A stretch of DNA of 64,000 bases from Rhodosorus marinus CCMP1338 (lineage: Eukaryota; Plantae; Rhodophyta), in the NCBI GenBank assembly GCA_029953675.1, contig JAMWBK010000007.1:496001-560000 (forward strand). Direction: 5' to 3'. The notes under the pieces are model-generated. The model searched no databases, was not told where the DNA came from, and saw only the letters and a list, made by a program, of their open reading frames with translations. Of the stretch, positions 1 through 13,236 are shown in pieces. Numbering within the stretch: the first letter of the stretch is position 1; every line of letters begins with the position of its first letter. The translations under genes were made by a program, and so were the position numbers.

Positions 1-3000
1 GGATGGTGATCAGGATGGAAGCAGTAAGGATTTGGACAAGCGAACGCTGTTGGTTAGCCGGCTGCCGAAGAGCGTAACCCATGAAGATCTGGAAAGGGCG
101 TTCTCTGAGGTTGGGGCGGTGAGGCACTGTATTGTAGTCACTGAAAAAGGTAGTCAAGAATCTCGAGGGTTCGGGTTCGTATCGTTCTCTCTCCCAGAGG
201 ATGCAGAGCTTGCGCTGAAGGAACTGCAGGGCAGCTCCATTAAGGGACAGGATATCCGGTTGTCTTACGCAAATCGTCGAGAGAGGAGTACGTGCTTGTC
301 AAATTGAAGGAGTTCTCATCTTCTGCGGTTCTGATTTTCTTTTTCTGTGTGTGTTTTTTCGTGTTGAATGGTCTTTAGAATCCCGTGGTTCCGAAGACGC
401 TAACCAAGAAGCGAAGAAACCACGCATCAAGGCGTACAGAGTAGACCAAGGTGATTTGCCGAAGGCTTCTCGGCAGACCACCCCCATCGTGGTGGTGGAG
501 AACACCACCGTTGATGCTGTCAATTCTGTTCTACAAGGCTTGAAGAAAGTAGTGAAGGTTGAGGAGCAGGATGGAGCCGTTGTGGTCGTTTTCAACCGGT
601 TTAAAACTGCTCGAGCGAAGATATCGAAACTTCACGGCGTGAAGTCTGACTGCGGGATATCGCACGCGTTCTTCCAGTCGGAAGCGAGGAGAAGGGAACG
701 GCTCATCGTGAGAAATCTACCATTTTCTGCTGAGGAGAAGGAGTTGAAAGAGGTTTTCGGAAGGTACGGACCTCTGAGAGAAGTACATGTTCCAAAGAAA
801 CCTGATGGAAAGGTAAAGGAAAAAGCACATCTGATGCCACCACACACAGATGGGGGGGGAAACTACAATGCTGACATCTGCTGTTGACGCACTTGCGCCC
901 ATGCTACTCAGGCGAGAGGGTTTGCGTTTGTTGAATACTTTCACGGTGTGGATGCGATGTCTGCTGTTAAGACCGCTAACGGAGCCAAACTAGGAAGTAG
1001 AACGTTGGCGGTAGATATCGCTGTTGCGAAGAATAAGTACCAGGTCCTTCAGGACGAAGCTGTGCCCGTTGAGGACGAGCAGGACCAACCGGGTACTGCA
1101 GATATCAAACAAAACGAGCGGGAGGATGACGATGAGGACGCAGAGCCTGAATCCTCCGAGGAGGGTGACGCAGAAGGAGACGAGGAGGAATCAGAGAAGA
1201 ATAAGAGGCATACGGAGCCGCAGAGGTAAATAGGGATATTCAATTCCGGCATCGTCGACCGATGAGATTTGTTCGCTCAATAATCGGGTGCTGTCTACAG
1301 GGCTGAGAGCACAGATGAAGAAATACTACGAACAGTGTTCGTCAGGAATGTTCTACTGGAAACGACGGCGAATGAACTTCGTCTGGAGCTGACGACTTTT
1401 GGTGACGTGGAACACTGCGTGCTGGTGAAAGACAAAGCAACAGGAAGGTCCAGAGGTTCTGCGTTCGTACGCTTTAGGGACCAGAGCTCCGTACCAAAAA
1501 TTCTGAAGGAGTCCGGCTACGATACAGCTGCAGGTATGCCGACGGCGAAGCAGGGACGGAAATTCTGGCTACTGCAGAAAGCTCAAAGTGGTAGTGGGTC
1601 GTCAACGGCTTTTGGTAATGACTGCATAGGTCGACAGGTACTAGAGGAAAGCGATGTTGGAATAACGGTCGGAGGGCGAAGACTGTTGGTGGTCCCTGCG
1701 GTCAGCAAGACAACGGCAAAAGATTTTGTCCCTGAGTCTGCCAATTTGGGTGGCACAATGAAGAAGCGCGAGGTCAGCAAAGAGGATAAAAGGAATTTAT
1801 GGCTGGCTCATGAGGGTCGAATTGCCGAGGGCGATCCTGCGGCCAGAGGTTGGTTGAGTCTAACAATGTTGGAGACGAGAAGGATTCGCTAACCGTTCTC
1901 CATCCGTTGAAAATCTGAATTCCTAGGACTTTCTCCGATGGATCTGGAAAAGCGAAGAAAAGCCGAGAAGGAAAAGATCAAGAAGCTCACGAGCAATCCG
2001 AACATATACGTCTCGAAAACGAGGCTGAACGTCCGAAACCTGCCGCTTGATGTTGAGGTCAAAGCCCTCAAGCAGATGTTCGCCAAGGCAGGAAACGTTC
2101 CTCTGAAGGGCATAACCTCCGTACGTTTGTGCTTACTCCGGAACCTCCACGTTTCTTATTCCAAGTGTCTGACAGAGCACCTCCATCCTCCTGTTCCGGG
2201 ACGATAGTGTAAAATTGTGCGCGATGAGGCCAGAAAGGATTCTTCTGGAACTCCGCGGTCGAAGGGCTATGGTTTTATTAGTTTTGCTGAACATGAGGCG
2301 GCCTTGAATGCTCTTCGGATGGTAAACAACAACCCGAAGGCGTTGGCAACGTATCTGGGTAAGCGAGCAAACAGAATATCAATTCCTTTGATAGGCTATT
2401 GTGGAAACTGTTCCTAATGGAGTTGAGACTGATGTTGAATGGTAATGCAGAGGACTCGAACGAAGCGCACAATGAGCGACGTTTGATTGTCGAATTCTCG
2501 CTCGAGGACGCCCGAAAGGTGCTCATTCTGAACAAGCGGCTTGAGAAGATGAGGGCCAATCAAACCGCAGACCCGGAAGATGGATCCACGGGTGCCTCGG
2601 AAGGCAGGAATGAGAACACCCATGCTGGACGTCGGAGAGCCAAGAGACTTAGATCTGAGGAGAAGACGGAGGCTAAGAAAGGCAGTCCAGAAAGCGCAAG
2701 CATCAAGCCGAAGAAAAGGAAGAAGGATTCCCGAGCTGCGAATAAGGAAGCACCCGAGGTTGAGCGAAATCGCAAGCCATGGGGGAACAAGGGTGATTCT
2801 GGCAATGATAAGGACAAGCGTCAGGACAAGCGTCGGGACAAGCGCCAGGACAAGCGCCCGGATAATCGCCAGGACAAGCGCCAGGATAATCGCCAGGACA
2901 AGCACCAAGACAAGCGCCAGGACAAGTTCCAGGACAGCGGTCTACGCACGAAGCAGAAGAAAGCCACAAAAGTCCCTGATGGAACTGCAAAGCAGACCCC

Positions 3001-3338
3001 TGCACCGGTGCGGATTCGAGACCGCACCAGTACAAAAGGGGTGAGCCAGAAAACGAGCACAGCAAACCCAGGAAGAAGATCTGCTTCAGAGATCTCTCCC
3101 AAGAGAGAAAAAGCACCACCGTCGAGGCGCTCGAAGATGCGTCAACGAGGTAATGCAGCCAAATTTCCTGCCCTTCCTGATATTGAATGCTTGTCGAGCG
3201 AAGCATGCAGATGGAACCCTAAAAGTGATCCAGACGCTAGCAACAGCGAACTGACATCGACCGCTCTTTTGGATTCCAGATGACGAAAATGATCTCGACG
3301 AAATGATCAGAGACTATCACAAAAAGCTCTTTAGATAG
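1..3338 (+). CDS. RBM28: RBM28/Nop4-like nucleolar multi-RRM protein, 5'-partial, about 8 exons
   Basis: There are four RRMs with RNP1 motifs (SRGFGFVSF, ARGFAFVEY, SRGSAFVRF, SKGYGFISF) and an acidic stretch after RRM2. Typical Nop4 segments are KRNLWLAHEGRI, NPNIYVSKTRLNVRNLP and RLIVEFSLEDARK. GT-AG introns lie near 288-378, 813-911, 1225-1300, 1848-1927, 2121-2207, 2358-2450 and 3150-3279. The last exon reads DDENDLDEMIRDYHKKLFR*. The frame is open to position 1, so the start is upstream of the window. Confidence 0.9.
2810..2936 (+). repeat. In-frame 12-bp coding minisatellite (CAGGACAAGCGC-like) encoding (QDKR)n
   Basis: The translation DKDKRQDKRRDKRQDKRPDNRQDKRQDNRQDKHQDKRQDKFQD shows about 10 degenerate units. 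Confidence 0.9.
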
Positions 3339-3567
3339 AACGACCACCAACGAGCTGGGAACCCGAATTGTGTGTCAGGAGATTTCGTTCCATTGTTCTT
3401 CCCAGGACCTCTGGATAATATTTATACACTAAGAACCTTCGTAAGAATAGATGCAATCACTGATTCCAACACCAATTCCAACTCCGGTTTTCCAAGCGGG
3501 AGCACAAAGCATCGACAGCGTCGGATGTCGAGTGTTTTCTGGTTCAAGAAAGATCTTCATCTGACGA

Positions 3568-3965
3568 CTACGCGCGACTGCCAATCGAATCCAAACTAGC
3601 ATCCGTCGGCTGCTCCGCGCAACTGTCATCAGCGAGTTTCTGTGAATATTTAGAGGATTCTAGCTCAGCTCAAGTGGAACTGGTATTGATAGGTTTAGGA
3701 CGAGGTAACTACCTGGAAGCGGCTTGCCAAGAACTTCAACGCGTTGTCGGGTCTGGTGTCCTACACGTAGAAAAGAAATGAACTCGTTCATCCCCAGGCA
3801 GTGAAAAAAACTGCAGCTACCACCTGAAGGCGATCTCCTGCTCATGTTTCACCTAACACTTACCATCTCATAGAGCTCCAAGAGAATGGATTCCAGAGCG
3901 GTTGAAACCTTCGACTGCTTCAAATACGAGCGAAACTCATCCCGATGTGTTTCTCCTGCCGTCAT
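3568..3965 (-). CDS. MYCBP: c-Myc-binding protein (MYCBP/AMY-1/FAP174)-like small protein, 3 exons
   Basis: Exon 3864-3965 reads MTAGETHRDEFRSYLKQSKVSTALESILLELYEM and exon 3713-3760 reads DTRPDNALKFLASRFQ. These match the MYCBP pattern (REQFRRYLEKSGV..LTKVLVALYE..EKPNSALDFL) from memory. Donors GTAAGT and GTAGTT are canonical. The third exon (KLADDSCAEQPTDASLDSIGSRA*) is less certain. Confidence 0.7.
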
Positions 3966-4329
3966 TCTCCTCCCTTCTTCCAAAAAAAAAGCAGATCAGA
4001 CCAGCAAAGCAAGTAGACGAGAGCTGTGATCTTCTAAACCTCCTCCTAACTCTTCACTCGTACCCACCAGCCCTCTCCCATAGTGCTTACCAGTAGCTCA
4101 GTGCAATAGTAAGGGACTCATGAGACCAAAGCGGAAATAGCCGTTAAACAGCGCTCATTTATTTCCAAAATACATGATATTCAAATATACCGCAATTGAT
4201 TAGTTTTGACTAGCTTCAATCTATTGCGCTTCCTGGACGGCGGTGAGAGCGACCCCGGTAGACTACAGAAGCAGAAAACCTATTTCAGAGGGTCACTTGA
4301 CTACTAACGACATCTTGTGTTTGCCAATG

Positions 4330-5731
4330 ATGCTGAATTATCTGTTGTTCCAGCTGTTGTTCAGCCCCAACTTCTCCCGTGCTGCTGTGGACGTTGCGAT
4401 GACTGGTTTGTAATTCGTTGGATAGTCAAGCTCCGCAAGTGCATCCATCCATGAGAACAAACCAGACTACTTGCCAGTCATCAACAGAGCTCACCTGATC
4501 ATCAATGACGTCAGCCGAAAGCTGATGTGTACGAGCCATCAGCTGCTCAATGTCAATGGGTGGTCTTGGAGAGACAGGAACCGGGCATAACCAAATAGAA
4601 GATTTGACATAGCCTGTGGCCGATAGAAAGATTCTTACGACTCACGCAAGGCTTGAGCATGCAGAAAAAACCTCGGCGACGTGAATTCTAAGAGATACGG
4701 CAAGCTGTTCGTCTGATAACGGACGGCAGTTCTCCGACATCATCGTTCCCGGCTCGAAGTCTCCGTTGCTTCTCGTATTGGTGGTGGCGTTGAACATGGT
4801 GAAAGGAGACAGGGAGAGGTGAGAAAATAGGATACCACGAGGGAGGTGGTTACCTTCAACAAGTTCACGGTAGCGGTGGGGCCACGTCCGCAATAGGTCT
4901 TTCGCCAAATGCGACTTCAGATGGCATGCTCCACTCCGGGAATTGTCTTTCCGGAGGCAGGTGAGCGAATCCTATGAGTCCAGCGCAGATCGCTGAGATT
5001 AATGGAGACTAGTACGGGAGAGCTGAAAAACTGGAGAAGGTCAGGATACTGTATCGGCAATGGAGGCCAGCGAGCAACCTGACTTTGGAACCGCCCGGAA
5101 GAGTGCGCGAATTCAATCGGCTCGGATCAAAGGCTGGACATGTGGAACGTAAGCACACTTTTAAGAGCTAGTGCCCTTCTTTTCCACACTTCCAGTGAGT
5201 CAGGTTCGACTCGTTCTCTGGGAATTGTATTGTGGCGATTCTCGAGAGACCAGTCATGCTAGACTGGGACATCCAGGAAAAAGAAAACCTCTGAACATAA
5301 TTTGATAAAACCGGAATCATCGCCGTTCAAGAGAAGAGCAGAGGTTTTGCGTGCTGTTCCCCTCACGAACAGTGCGCTAAAACGGGGAAGACCGCCCCAG
5401 CGTGCACGATGGACAAGTAGACGGAACGGAGGCGTTCTAAGGGCCACAAAGTTCGGTGCGTGGCCATCTTTGTGAACACGGCAAAGAAGCTCTTTTGCTT
5501 TTTCCACACTAAGAGAAGTAGAGTAGACGAAGCCATTAGGGCGCCGCTTATACGGCTCCAGATACAACACGGGGAGGAAGCTGCTACAAACAGTGTCGCG
5601 ATATTCCCCAAGTTGAACCCATGTCGGGGCCGCTGGGCTGCACTCATGAACCAAAGCCGGGGAAGATCTGCAATCCGCTCTTCCTCCTCACAATCTCTGA
5701 TCAAACACCAAAAGGAGGGCTGCTTCGTCAT
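4330..5731 (-). CDS. Probable multi-exon gene of unknown function
   Basis: Several open minus-strand segments (5259-5654, 5363-5731, 4642-4908, about 4500-4620 and 4330-4440) are bounded by GTGAG/GTAAC-type donors and YAG acceptors. I recognised no family and the boundaries are uncertain. Confidence 0.3.
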
Positions 5732-6009
5732 GCGGGCAGCTGATCGGCTTGGATTGCAACCTTTACGAGTTGCTTCCAGTACTTGCCGTAGGTTGGGGAA
5801 AATATGTGCCCGGGGAGGTACGTTCCAGTGTCACTTGCAAAACAAGACAATAACCAATGACAAATGAAACGGAAAACAGATGACCACAGATGACTTTGAA
5901 GGTTCCTCTTTTGCTTCGCAACGAGAACCGCATCCATCACACAAAATGACTTCTTTAAAAAATGACGTCTGAGGACGGCACATTGTCCGTGACACGACTC
6001 AAGCACCCA

Positions 6010-7305
6010 CTAATTTTGATCCATTTCATTAACCCCCTCGCCCGCTCCATTTGCTTTCTGCCCAGAGCCTTCAACGATAGAATCGAGGTCGCGGTCTAGA
6101 TCTTCTTTAGATGGTCGAGGTCCCCTTTCTCGACCACGGCCCCGAAAACCACCTCTACTTCTACGAAAACCGCGAGAAAACCCTCTTCCAGTTCGGATTA
6201 CTGGCCTGCCACTAGGAGCTACGGAAGCCTCTGGCTGCTGGTCCGGGTCGTCCAAATCAACGTACCTAGGAAGACACAAGAGAGGAACGTCAAGGTTTGG
6301 AACCCTTTCTCACATTATTCTGTTGCGTGGGAAGCTCCTTAGGGCTTGCTACGTGAGCTTACCCCCCTGTCGCTGGCTTTGTAGCTGGCCTCGTCGAGCC
6401 TCTTGACTTGAACGTCCCTTCATTGCCGTGATTGGTGCTGAGCGATATCTCGAGCGGACGGTTGTCCAGTGGCACGCCGTTGTATTTCGCGATCGCCGCT
6501 AAAGCGTCGTCAGTAGTCGTGAAAACCACCTCTGCGCTTCCCGTGGATTTGCCGTCCGAATTGTAGATCACCATCGCCTGCTTTATAGGTCCAATGCCTT
6601 TGAAAAGATCCTACAACCGGCGAGCACATAATGTTGTCCATGCAAGAAACACAAAGGCCACGAAAGAGACTGGTGATCAGAGGTCCGAAGGATCGAGCAC
6701 CATTGTTGTCCGGTGGTCGGTCAAGCATGGATAGACCTACGTTAATGTCACTGTTGGAAACGCCCAGGTCAAGGTTACCAACAACGATCTTCGCGCCAGA
6801 AGATTGACTCATAGGTTTACTATAAGTACCCGTGCGCCCGTATGGTTGCTTCAGAACTGGGCGGTACTTGTCGTGCTGCCATCTACCCCGGTCAGTGTCC
6901 GTCCAGCCTCCAGCCTTTCATTTTTTTTCCAAGTCAAGAGTCACAAAAATGGCAAACGTCCGGCGATAGAACCACATCGTTCATCCCAACACGTAGCCGA
7001 ATGGTTTCACTCAAACAGTTAGCCACGGCAATTTCTCTCCCCCACCCGCCACAAAACAAACAAATTCATTCAAAAGACAAGAACTCGCTTTGTAAATGTG
7101 TTAAACCACCCACCCTCCGTCCCGCAGGCTTATAAATCGTTCTATGCACTCTCGAACTATACACTGGCTTTCTACCGTCACCGTCACCGCCACCGCCACC
7201 TCCACCTCCACCGCTACCACCGCGGCCACCTTCCGTACGAATCACAGTTCGGCTCGACTGGATGATATCATCTAGAGACTGATCAATATTCATCGAATCC
7301 CCCAT
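6010..7305 (-). CDS. ALYREF: ALY/REF (THOC4/Yra1) mRNA export adaptor, multi-exon
   Basis: The N-terminal box is MNIDQSLDDII, followed by a Gly/Arg-rich region. The RRM reads AKIVVGNLDLGVSNSDI...GKSTGSAEVVF...AIAKYNGVPLDNRPLEI. The C-terminal box SKEDLDRDLD follows RGG repeats. Confidence 0.92.
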
Positions 7306-9209
7306 CGCTCCCACCTCCAAAGAAAGACTACTTCTGCACCTCAACTCAACCTCTTCCAAAATCACCGCAGATTACTCTCCAAGCACGAAGCATTCCTTTC
7401 ACAGAACTCCCCCCAACAGAAAATCCTCTTGTCTTCGCCTAAAAGCTCCTATTCTTCCCAACCAAGAAGGCTCTCCTTCCTCATACTCTCTCTGCTTTTG
7501 ACAAGAAAGACATACCGATATAAAACTACTTATTTTAAATTATTTATTTCCCAAATACTTTTAATTATCACATTCTCGCGGAGACCTCATTAATCTATTA
7601 AGTAAATTTTATGACTATATAATTAATTATTCCTTTTTTACACTATTATCTTCATGAAATTATTTATATATTGACCGTTCGTTCTGTGGGTATAAAATAT
7701 GTTTCTTCTGGACGCGCCAGATTTCTTTTTTATGGTATGATTCTGTATTTATTTATTATAGAGCTTTATTTAGTTCTTAATTTGAGACAGTACGCTTTCG
7801 GAGTGATCTTTTTTTAGTGGGGATGTAGTGTGGGGTAGAATGATTGATTTTTGTTGATTGACTGGAGGGAAGGGACTCGGGGTTCGGCCCTCCGTCGGCG
7901 CAGCTTGGCCCTCACATCTATTCACAGATAATGCTGAAGGAATTCCGTTCCTATGTCATGTGTCATGGTGTGTAGATTCTGGGTAGTTAGTGTACTAAAG
8001 AATTTGGTTCTTCAGTACCCTCCGCACTAGCGAAGACAAACCTACGTACGGCGACCTGTCGATGGCAATACCACGCCAACGGACTGGCGACAAGCCTCAA
8101 ACCCAACTGAGGCCCCAGAAGCTCCAACAGTTTCGATCACCAAGCACTGCGGAAGAGCTCCTCCACGTACAAGACGTCGTCGCTAGCGCTTCGGCTCTGC
8201 TTAGCTTCCAGGGTTTGCCGGGTCCCAGTCAGTGTGCGAGTGACCTCCCTCCCAAAGGGATGCATCGGGGTTTGGTCCCTTTCACTACCTCTTCCGGGGA
8301 CTCTTTCTCTTCAGGAAACTGTCGCGGACTCTTGTTTATTCCTTTGACCACCGTCGGGAGTGCCTCCATCCAGATGCCGTCTTCAAATCCGATCTCGAAG
8401 ACGGTTCCCCAAAACAACTCTCAAATGCACTCTAATCGAAGAAAATTCACCTACACCAATCAAAAATATCCTTAATTTGGACATTATCACTCTAAATCAA
8501 GAATTAACAAATGCGCCGCAGTCAGTCAATCTGTTCAGATGCCGTTGCGACATGTTCGTCCTCCAAAGCCGGTACCCAGCTTCGCCTCACTAGCTCTCAA
8601 CAAACTAAATCCAGCTAGACAGACAGATCATCATGAAACTAGGGTGAGAACCAGTATAGCTCTCAACGAAGATCCAAACCTTTGTTGGATGTTGAAGACT
8701 TGGAGTAAGAGCTGGAGCTGGAGCCTCTTAAGTCCCCTTTTTGTGTGTTGAAGAGGATAAATGGCGCGTTCATTGATTTCTCTGTACGCCAAGATTTCCT
8801 TATGATGCTGACGGTAGAGATTTTAACTGTTGTAGGAGAAGTGCTGACCGATCTGCTTTGGATGGTCAAAAGAGAGGGGAGGAGAGGGTGTGCAGTACAG
8901 CCGGTAGAATTTTTTGTCTCCTTGAAGAGGATAGTTTGTAAAGTTTGGAGGAAACACAGGTGGTAGGGAGTGAGCTTTTTGGTTTTAGAAAGAGAGTGAA
9001 AAGATGATCTGAAGTCGTTGAAGTTGGTATCGTTTTGGTTTGTTTGTTTGTTTTGTATTTTTGCTTTTTGGGGGGATTGTAGTTGTGCGTTGGTAGGAGC
9101 TGGGTGGAAGGCGAGTTGGTCGCTAACTGGTCGTTGAGTTTGGACTGCGTTTGAAAGCGTTATATAATTTTTTGGTTTTATTTTGGGGGGGAGGACGGAG
9201 CGAGGAAGC

Positions 9210-10768
9210 ATGGAAGAGGAGGTGCCTGAGATAAAGCTGGTCGCGTTTGTGAATACGGCGAGTGGTGGGAAGAATGGTGAGAAGTTCATGGAGTTTATGA
9301 GAAGGTTTCTTGGAAAACAGTTTGTTTTTGACCTGCAGAAGGATAAAGGGGCGGAGAAGGGATTACAGATTCAGGATCAGCGAAGAGGGGAATGCGACGA
9401 GTTGCGAGTGCTCGCTTGTGGTGGGGACGGGACGTTCAGCTGGGTAGCGGGAGCCATTGCCAAGCTTAGCTTGGAGCGAGTCGTTCTGCTGCCGGTCGCT
9501 TTGGGAAGTGGAAATGACATGTCGAGAGCTCTTGGATGGGGACACAAGTACCCCGGTACGGCAAGATTTGCAAAGCTCCTCGAGTACGTCGAAAAGTCTG
9601 GAACGACAAACCTGGATGTGTGGGGTTACCACATCCTCTGCAAACCACCGTTCAGCTCCGAAGGCCTAGGTAAGATTATGCCGCTCCTTGTCACCAATCT
9701 GGGAGAGCTCCTGTGTGTTCGCGCTATACACGAGCGTTGTCTCTCGCGTGCATAATCGCTGTCGAGTCGCGGAATTTGCTATACACCTGCCATGCAGAGT
9801 GTCTTACGTGCCTTGGTTTTCAAGGGAACCCGTTGAGATCTTCTGACATTCCACACTGTTAAATGCCCCCAAACAGTTGAGCGCTCGGCAATTGACGTGG
9901 AAGAGCGACGGATTTTTTGCAATTATATCAGCGTAGGTGTTGACGCTCAAGTGGAGCTGAAGTTCAACGAGGCGCGGTGGGAGAACCCCAATCGGTTCAA
10001 TTCAAGAGTAGGAAATATTGCTTGGCATGCTGCTTACGGGGCCAAGCTGTCCCTAAGAGATGGAAAAGTGCGGAGGTTGGACACGTTTGTGGAGTCGCTG
10101 TTCGTCAATGACCATCCGGTTCCTGTTCCGGAAAATGTTCAAGCTCTGATGATCATGAACATACCGTCTTATGCGGCTGGAGCGACGCCTTGGGGTATCC
10201 CAAAGGAAGAATCTGTAAGATCTCAGTGCGAATTCCTTGTGTCTCTGAACGACTTGGTCGAGGCCGTGTCCTGTTCGTACGTTCTGTATGGATGAAGGGT
10301 ACTGACTCGTATCCAATTGTGGAATGGGTTAGGACTGGAGGAAAGGACGGGTTGACGACCGACAGCTGGAGGTGATGGCGCTGATCAACTTGAATCACTT
10401 TGTCAGGGTTAAGGCAGCGGGTCGTCACGCCCTTCGCTTGGCTCAAGGGGAGAAAGTTCAGCTCAATCTCAAGGAAGGCGCGGATGCCGTTCCTGTACAG
10501 GTACAGTAATCTGCCTATCAGAATCTTTCCCCGCAGCTAGACAGGGAGGTGTACTTACACCTTGAACAAAGCGCCCGTGGCTGATTTTCGTTGAACGTCG
10601 TACCAGGCTGATGGAGAGCCATGGAGACAGGAGTGTGGTAACGTGATAGTTGTGGAATTAGCTCGCCAGCTTCCGACAGTTGTTGGACCGCAACATAAGA
10701 CCAACCTGAAAAACCACGCAAAGTTCGAAGCAGCAACCAACGTGGAAAAGGCCCAAAACCATGCTTAA
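9210..10768 (+). CDS. DGK: Diacylglycerol kinase with catalytic and accessory domains and no C1 domains, about 4 exons
   Basis: Motifs VAFVNTASGG, ACGGDGTFSWV, LGSGNDMSRALGWG, NYISVGVDA, NIPSYAAG, DRQLEV and QADGEPW are present. The stop follows KAQNHA at 10766-10768. Confidence 0.92.
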
Positions 10769-11149
10769 AAGGTGGGTGAAAGGTCGACACGAGCCAGACG
10801 CCTAAGGAGCCGCTCCTTCTGCAACTGCTCCCAGATCCTTCAGAACTGCGCCGATTTGAAGAAGCTTGCTCATAAGCCGGTCAAGATTCAAACAGCCCAG
10901 ACGGAGTTGTTAAGACGACCCATCTGTGGATGCCTGTTTGGTGAACGAACAGTCACCTTGCTCCGATAACAATGTACATCACTCAACCTCGAGAGGAGAA
11001 TTGATATTATCTAGCATCTTCCTCCGCGGATTGACAATCTCTGACTTTCCTAACAACCGACTACGTACGCAATTACTCTCGCTGTAAAGACAAGACACAG
11101 ACGCTGTGCGCACGACAGAGACCCACCAAAACCTCCGACTTGCAGGCAC

Positions 11150-12030
11150 CTAAGCCTTCCAGAACAGTGCTCCCAGACAACTGGCATCGATCAGTTCACA
11201 TGAAGAACTGGCTCCCAGGCGTGGTATGGGGTTGGGGGGGGAGGCTCTGGATGCTCCAAATATGTATCCATGAGCCCTGCGGATGATTGACACCGAGCAT
11301 TTAATAGCACTTCTTATCAGTATGGCGTTGCGCTTTACATGCAAAGGGCTGCTTTCACCGCTATGCATACACCACGTATGGTTGTCCGCGGAGCTCTGCC
11401 AGTGCGGCAACAATGTAACCATTGACTTTCCAGCTGGATTCCAAGAGAGCGGTGGCAATACGACCAATTCCCGGCGAATCTTGCCGCGATATCTATATAT
11501 CCTCAGATACTACCTTACTCTGCCAATAAGCTCATACTGAAGGTGATCATGGAACAACGTGCGGCAGTCACTAATGTCCCGATCGAGCTGGAATCGCTCA
11601 CCGAGCTTCTCACCGACCGATCCATGGACAGGTCCTCCCTATTGCACGCACGAAAGTTCAGCGCTCTGTATTTGAGAACACCGTCAAACCGGTTCAATTT
11701 ATTCCATGGTTCAAGATTTGGGGATGTTGGAGGGTAAAAACAGACCCAACAAACATCCCCCCCCCTCCCGCCATGAAAAAAAACAAACCTTGGTCACTCG
11801 TGTTAGTCACTTTGGAGGATCTCAAGATGCTAAATAACTGAAACCTCAATCGCACTTCTGACCGACCCTTTTTGCTTTGCCTTCTGCGGGGAAAGGGGGG
11901 GGGGGGGAAGAGTGGGGAAATCCTAAGTTCCTGATCCCCTCTCATCGGGAAGAAACAAGAGACTCACCACCCCCTGGAAATTGACATTGACATTTGTTTC
12001 CATTCGATGGAGCAAGAATTTGTTTTAGTT
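11150..12030 (-). CDS. Possible small multi-exon gene of unknown function
   Basis: GTGAGT, GTTTGT and GTAGT donors flank short open segments on the minus strand, preceded by the skewed leader seen before other genes. I could not build a consistent frame or recognise a family. Confidence 0.2.
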
Positions 12031-13236
12031 GTGAAATCCGAAGCCTCCCCATCCCCCTCCCCTGTTCCCGGTGACATGCGTAACCTCAATGAATCCTTGA
12101 CTTTTATTACTTCTTTCTATGTATATTTGGTCCAATTATCAATCCGATAGTGAGAACATAGACTAATATTTTTAATTTTTAAATACATACTAACCAATAA
12201 ACACATAACCCGTATACGCCACCCCTTTCCCCCGAGCCAACATTCATAAAACGCAAATTACAATAGTGTTTTTTATGATAATTGAAGATCAGAGGCGAAC
12301 AGCCCCCGAGACTGAAGTATGATACTCTATTGGCTGCGTCTTTTCAATATCATTAAATAACTTATCCATTTCACAATTGATCGAAACCTATCCGTTCCCG
12401 GCCACCCCCCTCTCATTCGTCAACCATAGCTCTTCAATCGGTAAACATCAATAGTCCTCACCCACCCTATTCAATACCGAATATGTCTCATTTTCTACAA
12501 CCAAAGCTATGTTTGATTTTTTTATAAGAGGGGCAAAAGAGTTGAGATTTAGTACGTCACGGAATGATTGATTTTTGCCAAAGAAGGGGGGAGGGGTTCG
12601 TATTGCTTTCTACCTGATTGTTTTGTTTTTTTTCGGATGCATGGAGCTTGCAAGCAAGCGTTTTATTTTGCTTTTAATGGTTGGGATTATGGCGTTAGGA
12701 AATAGATCGGACCGCGTCTCCTCCTCCTTTTTATGGGACTTTTCCAAAAAAAATTATTTGATACCTTTTTATTTTTATTTTTTTCTGGTGTCTATTTTCT
12801 AGAGGAGCCTCCGGGAGGAGAACTAGGTACAGCACAGATGGTACTGAGTTTTTTTCTTGCCAATTGGGGGAGGGTGGTGGGTGGGTTGGGTTAGTGCGAA
12901 AGTGTGACTTGCGGGCCATTTGACTCCCCGACTTTAGAGACTACGGGTATAGACTGACCTCAATCCGTGGGTTCGTTTTAAGAACTAGGTAGGAAGCTAA
13001 GCACAGGTTGGGCGGCTCTACTCTGCTCTCTACAAAAGTCAAAAACCAAACTGCTCTTGATGTTCACAAACTCCTCTTCAAGTCATCTCAAGCCAAAACA
13101 ACTTCCGCACACAACCGGCCACAAAGTGTATACCCCCGGAAGTCCACCCCCCCCCCCCCCCCCCCCTATTTCTTCTCTTATATAAAAACAATCGTCCTAA
13201 AAATCCATTTTATGTACAACGGAGATCAAACCTCGC

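Noticed and set aside
5203-5212. tRNA T-loop/B-box GGTTCGACTC
   Set aside because: The flanks do not form a T-stem or acceptor stem. Similar hits near 26200 and 15965 also fail.
8663-9289. 208-aa minus-strand ORF, and similar ORFs at 46960-47319, 52815-53084 and 62592-63042
   Set aside because: These are low-complexity K/Q/T/P/N products from the reverse complement of G/T-rich leaders or coding starts of real plus-strand genes.
11150-12030. ORMDL, SPC12 or Rer1 identity for the small minus-strand locus
   Set aside because: There are only 3-5-residue resemblances (NFQG, SDQG, HGYIFG), and the spacing and frames are not compatible with any of these families.
13143-13167. Poly-C tract as a telomere or special element
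   Set aside because: It is a simple homopolymer, and similar C/G runs are common in these intergenic regions.
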